Source: an uncultured Candidatus Rokubacteria bacterium
GTDB taxonomy: Bacteria; Methylomirabilota; Methylomirabilia; Rokubacteriales; CSP1-6
NCBI GenBank assembly: GCA_963747235.1
Contig: CAVVEU010000010.1
Coordinates: 1-17,823, forward strand
Length of the DNA stretch: 17,823 nt
Direction of reading: 5' to 3'
This document shows positions 9,280 through 17,823 of this stretch, one piece after another; the first letter of the stretch is position 1, and the number at the start of each line of letters is the position of its first letter. Both the position numbers and the translations under genes were made by a program. The notes beneath the pieces were generated by a model. It worked only from the letters and a program-made list of their open reading frames with translations, was not told the DNA's origin and ran no database searches.

Positions 9280-9777
9280 CTACGCGCCGCCGAGCGAGCG
9301 GAGGATGCGCGGCTTGACGAACCAGCGGAGCTGGCCGGCGGCGGCCGGCCCGTCCGGGAGATCCAGGAGCGCGGCGCCGCCCTTCTTGAAGGCGAAGCGA
9401 TCGTCGTCCTGGTGCACGCCGAGCATCCGCGCGAGGAGCCGCGAGAGCGTGGGCTCGTGGCCGACCACCGCGACCATCGCGTCGCGCGGGCATTTCTTCA
9501 GCGCGGCCACCACCGCGTCCACGTTCTCCTGACCCAGCGCGGGCTCGACCCGCGGGGTCACCTTCTTGAAGGCGGCGGCCGCGATCTCGGCGGTCGCGCG
9601 GGCGCGGACCAGCGGGCTCGTCAGGAGGACGTCGGGGCGGTCGGCGATGCGGGCCAGGCCCCGGGCCGCGAGGCGAAAGCGCGCGCGGCCCCGAGGGGTG
9701 AGCGGCCGCTCGCCGTCACGAATGCCGACCGACCCGTTGCGGACCGCGGGGGCGTGCCGGATGAGCAGCAGCTTCAC
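9280..9777 (-). CDS. sixA: SixA-type phosphohistidine phosphatase
   Basis: LLLIRHA, DGERPLTPRG, LTSPLVRARATAE, VVGHEPTL, FKKGG; intact 165 aa; GTG start. Confidence 0.9.
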   Translation of the reverse strand: MKLLLIRHAPAVRNGSVGIRDGERPLTPRGRARFRLAARGLARIADRPDVLLTSPLVRARATAEIAAAAFKKVTPRVEPALGQENVDAVVAALKKCPRDAMVAVVGHEPTLSRLLARMLGVHQDDDRFAFKKGGAALLDLPDGPAAAGQLRWFVKPRILRSLGGA

Positions 9778-9786
9778 GAGCGACCG

Positions 9787-10636
9787 TCAGGCGATCCACG
9801 CCTCTCGGCCCCGGCGCTCGAGCTTCGGCCACTCCTCGAAGAAGGCGGCGCGGGCTTTCTTCCGGCGCTTGCGCTGCCGCTTGACGAGGTCCCGGCCGAG
9901 GGCCTGCGCGGGCTCCGTGCGATCGATGGCATCGTGCAGATACTGTTCGATTACCACAGCGTCCTGCAGATCGCCAAGGATGTCTTGCAGCTTCTTGGCC
10001 TGGTGGATGAAGCGCTTGCCGTGCTCGCCCGCGGCGGCGCGCGCCAGCTCGGCCGCGTAGCGCGCGCGCTTGACCTTGATGCGGACCGCGTGGAGCTCGT
10101 CCGCGCTCGGGCGCCCGGGCAGCTTCTGGACCGCCTTGCGGAGCCGCTTCCACTCGGTCGCGGCGACGTCGGGCAGGGAGACGTCCGACTGCCGACGCGG
10201 GCGGCCGGGAGAGGAACGTCTCGAGCTGCTCCAGGATCCGCGGATAGCGCGCGCTGTCGAGCGCCCGGTTGAGATCGGCCCGCGCCCGGGTCCGGTCGGC
10301 CGAGAGGCGCCGGAGCACCCGCTGTCCCGCCCGGTGCTCGGCGCCCTCGAGCGCGGCCAGCCGCGGCCGCAGATAGGCGTGGAGGACGTCGAGATCGCGG
10401 ACGAGGCCGAGCCCGCCGCCCAGCCAGTCCAGCTCGTCCCGCAGGCGGTCCACCCACGTGGCGTCGAAGAGGGCCCGGCTCGCGCGCAGGATGGCCCGGA
10501 GGCGGCGGACCGCGACGCGCATCTCGTGGAGATGCTCGGGATCCCGGCCCGCGCGGGCGCCCGCCTCGTGGGCCCTCAGGGCCTGCACGTGGGCGGATAT
10601 CTCGTCGAGGACGCGGCGAAGGCTCGAGCTCGGCAT
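9787..10636 (-). CDS. Stand-alone CHAD-domain polyphosphate-binding protein (one +1 indel near 10195)
   Basis: DPEHLHEMRVAVRRLRA, LGLVRDLDV, then after the shift LHAVRIKVKRARYAAE and LQDILGDLQD; TGA at 9789-9787. Confidence 0.9.
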
Positions 10637-10667
10637 GCGGTACCCCCGGCGGCCCGGGGCAGGCCGG

Positions 10668-10678
10668 ACGCTACCACA
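10668..10678 (-). promoter_or_regulatory. Extended -10 element for the CHAD-sixA-ppx operon
   Basis: Minus strand TGTGgTAGCGT (TGn-TAnnnT), 31 nt upstream of ATG 10636. Confidence 0.45.
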
Positions 10679-10689
10679 GGCCACGCGCT

Positions 10690-10732
10690 CGTCGCCACTC
10701 CGTCATCGAAACGTCATGAAGGCGTCACCGAG
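10690..10732 (+). promoter_or_regulatory. Pho-box-like (PhoB/OmpR family) direct-repeat array
   Basis: cGTCGC 10691, cGTCAT 10702, cGTCAT 10713, cGTCAC 10724: exact 11-bp spacing. Confidence 0.6.
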
Positions 10733-10751
10733 TATCCGGCGTCGCGCGGAT

Positions 10752-10765
10752 CGTGCTACCTTTTC
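10752..10765 (+). promoter_or_regulatory. Extended -10 element, probable leaderless promoter
   Basis: CGTGCTACCTTTTC is identical to 7102-7115; TACCTT 10757-10762 lies 7 nt before ATG 10770; no SD. Confidence 0.55.
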
Positions 10766-10769
10766 GCCC

Positions 10770-11190
10770 ATGACGACGCAGGCCATGGCCGCCCTGCCGG
10801 TGCGCACGGTCCGCGACGCGCTGCTGGCCGGCCTCGCGGGTCTCGTGGCGCCGCATCTCGCCGCCCTCGCCTGGTCGCTCCTGTCGTCCGCGGTCTGGGG
10901 CGCCGGCTGGCGCATGGCCGCCTTCGTGGATCCCGCCGCGTCGCGCCCCGCGGGCTATCTGCCCGCGTCGCTGCTCTTCACGGTCGCGCTCGGCGCCCTG
11001 CTCGGCGCGCTGATCGCGCTGCGCGCTGGCCCGGCGCGGGACCATCGCGTGGTGGGGGCTCTGGGCCGCGTTCGCGGCCGGCGTCGTCCTGTCCGCCGCC
11101 GGCATGGGCGCGGCCTCGCTCCGTCAGCCCGTCCTCCTGCTGCTCATCGCCTCGTCGGCGCTCGGCTTCCGCTTCGGCGCGCGCCGCTAG
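10770..11190 (+). CDS. Hypothetical small integral membrane protein (about 139 aa, about 4 TM; one +1 indel near 11040)
   Basis: Hydrophobic segments ALLAGLAGLVAPHLAALAWSLLSSAVWG, LLFTVALGALLGALIAL, WWGLWAAFAAGVVLSAAG, PVLLLLIASSALGF; TAG at 11188-11190. Confidence 0.65.
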
Positions 11191-11213
11191 CCGCCAGGAA
11201 AGGATCCGCTCCC

Positions 11214-12120
11214 ATGGCCGATGCCGCCCTGCCCACCCGCGACCGCGTCGAGGGGTACTTCAAGGAGCTGAACAACTGGGGCCGCTGGGGCCACGACGAC
11301 CAGCTCGGCACGGTGAACCTGATCACGCCCGCCAAGCAGGCGCAGGCGCAGCGGCTGATCAAGAAGGGCCGCACCGTGTCGCTCGCGCGCGACGTGATCC
11401 CGCGGCCCGTGTACATGTACCACGTGACGTTTCCGTCCAAGCGCGAGCGGGTGGACGTGGTGCTCGACCGCTTCGACATGGTCTACCACGGCTTCTGGAT
11501 CACCCACGTGGACGCGCTCTGCCACGTGGGCTGGGACGGCGAGCTCTACAACGGCCGGTCGTTCGCGGACAGCCTGACCACCGAGGGCGCGCTCTGGTGC
11601 CCGATCGACCCGATCTTCGAACGCGGCATCACCACCCGCGGCGTCTTCCTCGACATCGCGGCGGGGCGCAAGGAGGGCTACGTCACGGTGGGCCATCCGG
11701 TGACGCCCCGCGAGCTGGACGAGGCGGAGCGGCGCGCCGGCGTGAAGGTGGAGCCGGGCGACGTGGTGGTGGTGCGCAGCGGCGACGAGCGCTTCCGGCT
11801 CGAGAACCCCGACTGGAAGCCGCGCATCTCCGAGCACCCGGGCCTGCATCTCTCCTGCCTCGAGTGGTTCCGCGCCAAGGACATCGCGGGCATCTCGTGG
11901 GACATGATGGACGAGCGCCCCAGCCGCTACCCGGGCTTCGGCATGTCGGCCGCACCTGGCCATCCCGTTCCTGGGCCTGGCCCTGATCGACAACTCGGAT
12001 CCGGAGCGCCTCGCCAAGGCCTGCGCGGAGGAAGGGCGCAACGAGTTCCTGTTCACCGCGACCCCGCTGCGCCTGGTCGGCGCCACCGGCGCGCCCGCGC
12101 ACCCGCTCGCGATCTTCTAG
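11214..12120 (+). CDS. Cyclase-family (kynurenine formamidase-like) metal-dependent amidohydrolase (one +1 indel near 11951)
   Basis: NNWGRWGHDDQLGTVNLIT, HGFWITHVDALCH, GITTRGVFLDI, PGDVVVVRSG, then EFLFTATPLRLVGATGAPAHPLAIF to TAG; SD AGGAAAGGA at 11196-11204. Confidence 0.9.
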
Positions 12121-12123
12121 GCG

Positions 12124-14231
12124 GTGGCGCAGTACTCGCTCGGCATCGACATCGGCGGCACCTTCACCGACCTCGTGGTCTACGACCACGACGCCGGGCA
12201 GCGAGCGTGAGCCGCAAGGTGCTCACGACCCACGACGATCCGGCGCGCGCGGTCGCCGCCGGCGTCGCGGGCCTGCTCGCGCAGGCGCGCCTCGACCCGG
12301 GCGCGTTCGCCCGGACCGTCCACGCCACCACGCTCTTCACCAACGCGCTGATCGAGCGCAAGGGCGCGGTCACCGGCCTGATCACCACCGCGGGCTTCGC
12401 GGACACGCTCGAGATCGGGCGCGAGCGGAAGTACGAGCTCTACGACCTGGCCATCGCCAAGCCCGAGCCGCTGGTGCCGCGCCACCTGCGGCTCGAGGTG
12501 ACCGAGCGCACGCGGGCCGACGGCCGGATCGCGCGGCGCCTCGACACGCGGATGCTGGCCGCGCGGGCCGACGCCCTGGCGAAGGCCGGGGTCGAGGCGA
12601 TCGCGGTGGTGTTCCTGCACGCCTACGCCAACCCGCGCCACGAGGCGGAGGCGGCGCGGCTGATCGCGAAGCGGCATCCCGGCATCGCGGTGACCACCTC
12701 GCACGAGGTGGCGCCGGAGATCCGCGAGTACGAGCGCGCCTCCACCACCGCGGCCAACGCCTACATCAAGCCGCTCGCCCAGAGGTACCTCGCGCTCATG
12801 GCCCGGCGCGTGGCGGAGCTGGGCATCCCGGCGCCGCTGCTGCTGATGCTGTCGAGCGGCGGGCTCACCCACGTGCAGGAGGCGCAGCGGGTGCCGGTGC
12901 AGATGCTCGAGTCGGGCCCGGCCGCCGGCGCGATCGCGGCCGCCTTCTTCGGCCGGCCGGACAGCGGCGGCAACGTGCTGGCCTTCGACATGGGCGGGAC
13001 CACCGCCAAGCTCTCGCTGGTGGACGGCGGCGAGCCGCTCACCGCCTACAGCTTCGAGGCCGCGCGGCAGCGGCGCTTCATCGAGGGCAGCGGGCTGCCC
13101 ATCCGCATCTCCACCATCGAGCTGATCGAGATCGGCGCGGGCGGCGGCAGCATCGCGGCGGTGGACGAGATCGGCCTGCTCAAGGTCGGCCCGCGCAGCG
13201 CGGGCTCGCATCCCGGGCCCGGCCTCCTACGGCCTGGGCGGCCGCGAGCCCACCGTGACCGACGCCGACTTCCTGCTGGGCTATCTCAACCCGGACTACT
13301 TCGCGGGCGGCGAGGTCGCGGTGGACATGGCGGCGGCGCTGGCCGCGGTCGAGGGGCTCTCGCGGCGGCTCGGGCTCGAGTCCACGAAGGTCGCGTGGGG
13401 CATCCACGACATCGTCAACGAGAACATGGCGGGCGCCGCGCGCGTGCACATCGCGGAGCGCGGGCGCGATCCGCGCGACTACGCGCTGCTCTGCACGGGC
13501 GGCGCCGGGCCCGGTGCACGCCTTCTCGGTGGCGCGCAAGCTCGGGATCGGCCGCGTGATCTGCCCGCCGTCGGCCGGCGTCGCCTCCGCGCTCGGCCTG
13601 CTGGTGGCGCCGGCGCGCGTGGATCGGGTGGCCACCGTGGGCATTCGCCTGGACCAGGGCAGCATCGCGCACGCTCGAGGCCGCGTTCGCGCGGCTCGAG
13701 GACGAGGCGCGGGCGGTGATGGCGGAGACCGGGCTCAAGCTCGAGAGCGCCACCGTGCAGCGGCTGGCCGACGGCCGCTTCCTCGGCCAGGGCTTCGACC
13801 TGGTCGTGCCGCTGCCGCCGGGGCCCTACGAAGACAGCGGGCCGGGGCGCGCCGTGCTCCGCGGCGCGTTCGAGACCGCGTATCGCGAGAAGTTCGCGCT
13901 CACGCCGCCGGGTGTGCCGGTGGAGTTCATCAATATCCGCGTGGCGGTGCGGGCGCCCGTGTCGGGCAGCGACGTCGTGCTCGAGGGCCGCGGCGGCGGC
14001 GGCGCGCGCGCGGCGCTGCAAGGGCACGCGGCGGGCCTACTTCCCGGGGGCGGGCGGCTGGGTGGAGACGGCGGTGTACGACCGCTACCGCCTCGGTGTC
14101 GGCGACGAGCTGGCCGGGCCCGCGGTGGTGGAGGAGGAAGGCTCCACGCTCGTGGTCGGGCCCGGCGCGACCGCGCGCGTGGCCGCGAGCGGCAACATCG
14201 TGATCGCCACCCTCAGGGAGGGCAGCCATGA
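12124..14231 (+). CDS. hyuA: Hydantoinase/5-oxoprolinase subunit A (ATP-binding); about 6 indels
   Basis: LGIDIGGTFTD, KVLTT, HATTLFTNALIERKGA, FLHAYANP, EYERASTT, ESGPAAG, FDMGGTTAK, IGAGGGSIA, PTVTDA, GGAGPVHA, GPAVVEEEGST; probable ATGA overlap with the next gene. Confidence 0.88.
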
Positions 14232-15970
14232 GCGCCAGACCCGCGTTCGACGCGATCACGCTGGAGGTGCTGTGGACGCGGATCATCTCGGTGGTGGACG
14301 AGGCCGCGAAGGCCATCGTGCGCACCTCGTTCTCCACGCTCTCGAACGAGGCCAACGACTTCGCCTGCGTGCTCACCGACGCGCGCGGGCTTCGCGCTCG
14401 CGCAGAACTCCGGCAGCATCCCGTCCTTCATCGGCACGCTGCCCGCGACCGTGCGCCATTTCCTGAACGGCGATCGGCGCCCAGCAACATGCGGCCCGGC
14501 GACGTGCTGATCACCAACGACCCGTGGCAGGGCACCGGGCACATGAGCGACGTCTGCCTGGTGAAGCCGATCTTTCTCTGAAGGAGGGCGGCGTCAACCG
14601 ATACTGGTCGCCTTCGCGGCGACCACTGCACACATGCCCGACATCGGCGGCCGCATCCGGGCCATCGAGGCGCGCGAGCTGTTCGAGGAGGGCTTCCACA
14701 TCCCGCTCACCCACCTGATCCGCGCCGGGCAGGTGGACGAGACGCTGCTCGGCCTCCTGCGCGCCAACGTGCGGACGCCGGACCAGACGGTGGGCGACAT
14801 CTGGGCGCAGGTGAGCGCCAACGAGCTGATGGAGAATCGCGTGCGCCGCCTGCATGGAGGAGTACGCGCTCGACTCGCTCGAGGGCCTGGCCGACGAGCT
14901 CTTCGCCCGCTCCGAGCGCGCAATGCGGGACGCGATTCGCATGGTCCCCGACGGCACCTACCGCTACGGCATCGAGACCGACGGCTTCGAAGCGCCCTAC
15001 CGCTTCCGCGTCGCGCTCACCGTGCGGGGCGACGAGATCGTGGCCGACTTCACCGGCACCTCGCCCGCGCAGCCGCGCGCGATCAACTGCGTGATGGCCT
15101 ACACCTATGCCATGACCGCCTACGCGGTGCGCTGCGCGCTGCTGCCGGGCCTGCCCAACAACGAGGGCATGTACCGGCCGGTGAAGGTGGAGGCGCCCGA
15201 AGGCTGTCTGCTCAATCCGAAGTTCCCGGCCGCGGTGGTGAGCCGCGCCCAGACCGGGCACTACGTGCCGATCCTGATCCTGGGCGCGCTGCACCAGGTG
15301 ATCCCCGATCGGGTCGCGGCGGCGGCCGGCTCGCCGCTCTGGGCGGTGGCGCAGTCCGGCGTGCGCGACGACGGGCGGCCGTACACCACCGTGCTGTTCT
15401 TCAACGGCGGCATGGGCGCGACCGCGGGGAAGGACGGCGAGCACGTGCTGTCATGGCCCAGCAATATCTCGAGCACGCCGGTGGAGGTGGCCGAGCGCAA
15501 CAGCCCGCTCTTCTTCCACTACAAGCGGATGCGCCCGGGCTCCGGCGGCGCGCGGCCGTTTCCGCGGCGGGCTCGGCCAGGACATGCTGATCGAGAGCGA
15601 GTCGAAGCGCCCGATCGTGCTGAGCTTCATGGCCGAGCGCACGCGCTTCCCGGCGCCGGGGCTCGCGGGGGGCGGCGCGGGCGGACTCGGCGACGTGCGG
15701 ATCAACGGCAAGAAGGTGGACCACCGGCGGCAGCACGTGCTGGCGCAGGGCGACCGCGTGCTCGTGAGCACGCCGGGGGGTGGGGGGTACGGGCCGGCGG
15801 GGCAGCGCGCGCGGGCGCTGCGGGAGCGGGATGCCGAGCGCGGGTACGTGGGGCGCGAGCGGGGGCCCCTCACCCTGCCCTCTCCCCGGCGGGGAGAGGG
15901 TAAAGGGAAGAAGGCTAGTTCAGGACGACGGACGGGTTCGCGAGGTACGCGTCGAAGGACAGGCCGGTGA
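14228..15970 (+). CDS. hyuB: Hydantoinase B/oxoprolinase subunit B; about 7 indels; 3' end uncertain (15903 or 15970)
   Basis: ITLEVLW, RTSFS..NEANDF, PGDVLITNDPW.GTGH..D, HMPDIGG, FEEG, GGMGA..KDG, TPVEVAE, GSGG.GRFRGGLG, STPGGGGYG, D..RGYV. Confidence 0.87.
15866..15907. repeat. BoxC/REP-like short palindromic element
   Basis: CCCCTCACCCTG followed by a perfect 10-bp stem CCCTCTCCCC-GGC-GGGGAGAGGG (15878-15900); pyrimidine arm then purine arm. Confidence 0.7.
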
Positions 15971-16777
15971 GCTGCTCGAAGGCGTCCACGTAGCGCTGGC
16001 GGGTGCCGGTCACCACGTCCGGGGGCAGCTCGGGGCCCGGGTAGGTCTTGCCCCAGCCGATCTTCTCGCAGTAGTCGCGCACGTACTGCTTGTCGTACGA
16101 GGGCTGCGGGCCGCCCGGCGCGTACTCGATCGGCGGGCCAGAAGCGCGAGGAGTCCGGGGTCAGCGCCTCGTCGCCCAGCACGAGCCGGCCGTCGCGGTT
16201 CACGCCGAACTCGAACTTGGTGTCCGCGATGATGATGCCGCGCTCGAGCGCGTAGGCCGCCGCGAAGCGGTAGAGCGCGATCGAGAGCCGCTCGGCCTCC
16301 GCGAAGCGCTCGGCGCCGACCAGGGCCGCCGCCTGCGCGCGCGTGATGTTCTCGTCGTGGCCGCTCGTCGCCTTGGTGGCCGGGGTGAAGATCGGCTCGG
16401 GCAGCCGGTCCGACTCGCGGAGGCCCGCCGGCAGCCGGTGCCCGCAGACCTCCCCGGTCTTGCCGGTAGTCCTTCCAGCCGGAGCCGGAGAGGTAGCCGC
16501 GCACCACGCACTCGATCGGCAGCATCTCGAGCCGCCGGCACTCGGTGGACCGGCCGTCGGGGCGGAGGGCGAGCAGGTGGTTCGGGGTGATGGCGCGCGT
16601 GCGGGCGAACCAGAAGGCGGCGAGCCCGGTCAGCACCCGGCCCTTGTCGGGGATCTCGGTGGGCAGGACCACGTCGAAGGTCGAGATCCGGTCCGACGCG
16701 ACGAGGAGCAGCCGCTCGTCGTCGAGGGCGTACAGCTCCCGGACCTTCCCGCTGCCGAGATGCACCGCGTCCGCCAT
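15915..16777 (-). CDS. purC: SAICAR synthase (two +1 indels near 16460 and 16131)
   Basis: [88 protein letters not shown]; SD AAGGAGG at 16788-16794; TAG at 15917-15915. Confidence 0.95.
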
Positions 16778-16803
16778 GGGTCGTCGTCCTCCTTGCCGCG
16801 CAC

Positions 16804-16831
16804 TTGAGCAAAATGCCGGCATGCGCGTCAA
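16804..16831. promoter_or_regulatory. Dyad-symmetric element in the 61-bp divergent purC/idh spacer
   Basis: TTGA-N5-ATGCCGGCAT-N5-TCAA. Confidence 0.4.
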
Positions 16832-16838
16832 TGGACGC

Positions 16839-17823
16839 ATGACCCACCATCCGGTCGTGCTGATTCCCGGCGACGGCATCGGCCCGGAGGTGACGGCGGC
16901 GGTCCAGCGCGATCCTCGGCGCGGCGGGCGCGCCGATCGAGTGGGTCGAGTGCCAGGCGGGCCTCGCCGCGCTCGAGCAGGGCCAGCGACGTCCTGCCGC
17001 AGGAGACGCTCGACGCGATCGAGCGCCACCAGCGTCGCGCTCAAGGGCCCGTGCACGACGCCGGTCGGCGAGGGCTTCACCTCGGTCAACGTGCAGCTGC
17101 GCAAGCGGCTCAACCTCTACGCCGCGGTGCGGCCGGTGCGCAACCTCGCCGGCGTGCCGACGCGCTTCGACGACGTCGACCTGATCATCGTGCGCGAGAA
17201 CACCGAGGGGCTCTACAGCGGCATCGAGAACGAGGTCACCGACGACGTGGTGATGAGCATGAAGGTCGCGACCGAGACGGCCTGCACGCGCATCGCCCAC
17301 TGGGCGTTCCGCTTCGCCACGCGCCGCGCGGCGCAAGAAGATCACGGTCTTCCACAAGGCCAACATCATGAAGATGACCGACGGCCTGTTCCTGCGCGCG
17401 GCGCGCGCGCGTGCACCAGCGCGAGTATCCCGAACATCGAGTACCAGGAGATGATCATCGACGCCGGCTGCATGAAGCTGGTGCAGGATCCGACGCAGTT
17501 CGACGTGCTGCTGCTGGAGAACCTCTACGGCGACGTGGTCAGCGACCTGTGCGCCGGCCTGGTCGGCGGGCTCGGCGTCGTGCCCGGCGCCAACTATCGG
17601 CGAGCGCGCACGCCGTCTTCGAGGCCGTGCACGGCTCGGCGCCCGACATCGCCGGCAAGGACGTCGCCAATCCGCTGGCGCTGCTGATGTCGGCGGTGAT
17701 GATGCTCAACCACCTCGCCGACGAGCTCGACGACCGGCGCTGCCGGGCAGCCGCCGAGCGCATCAAGACCGCCTACAACCGCGCCCTCGCAGGACGGCCA
17801 GAAGACGCGCGACCTCGGCGGCA
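16839..17823 (+). CDS. icd: NAD-type isocitrate (or homoisocitrate) dehydrogenase, isocitrate/isopropylmalate dehydrogenase family; several indels; runs off the window
   Basis: [28 protein letters not shown] (SxNxxxR), [46 protein letters not shown] (Asp consistent with NAD), TRDLGG. Confidence 0.85.

Noticed and set aside
9930-10000. AT-richer codon patch in CHAD sharing TACCACAG with the operon promoter (also a patch near 1297-1326)
   Set aside because: An 8-mer match is plausible by chance, and the candidate -10 TAATCG lacks the final T; too weak to call an internal promoter
10458-13559. 1033-aa membrane protein-cyclase-hydantoinase fusion ORF
   Set aside because: Pieces of three genes joined by indels; each has its own start, and the first two have stops at 11190 and 12120
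14570-14636. In-frame TGA at 14579-14581 followed by AGGAGG, suggesting a split hyuB or recoding
   Set aside because: Lies in an indel-dense patch; no start codon at SD distance; the conserved KPIF..LVAFAATTAH continues across frames
2520-17800. Programmed ribosomal frameshifting or phase variation
   Set aside because: Shift sites lack slippery heptamers or long simple repeats and are scattered across unrelated genes
1-17823. CRISPR array, tRNA/rRNA, riboswitch, transposase, phage or defence genes
   Set aside because: No repeat-spacer pattern or relevant motifs seen; intergenic gaps are at most about 135 bp and are explained by promoter-like elements

Overview
High-GC (about 70% or more by eye) bacterial chromosomal window with dense metabolic genes. 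I saw no mobile element, CRISPR array or RNA gene. About 30 single-base indels break otherwise intact genes and explain the fused or split ORFs in the supplied track, most likely as long-read consensus errors. After repairing frames, the order is: (+) alpha/beta hydrolase, Tat-signal aldo/keto reductase, TauD-family dioxygenase; (-) a translationally coupled operon of an acyl-CoA dehydrogenase pair, a family III CoA-transferase and an enoyl-CoA hydratase; (+) Tat-like Acg-family FMN protein; (-) CHAD, SixA and Ppx polyphosphate module; (+) 4-TM orphan, cyclase-family amidohydrolase and hydantoinase/oxoprolinase A and B; a BoxC-like palindromic repeat; (-) purC; (+) NAD-type isocitrate dehydrogenase (truncated by the window end). 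The most interesting signals are non-coding: an 11-bp-periodic GTCA(T/C) Pho-box-like array upstream of the polyphosphate operon, an identical 14-bp extended -10 element just before two apparently leaderless genes, and several exact palindromes at gene junctions. No wholly new system can be demonstrated from the sequence alone. Taxonomy (Rokubacteria/Methylomirabilota-like) is only a guess.
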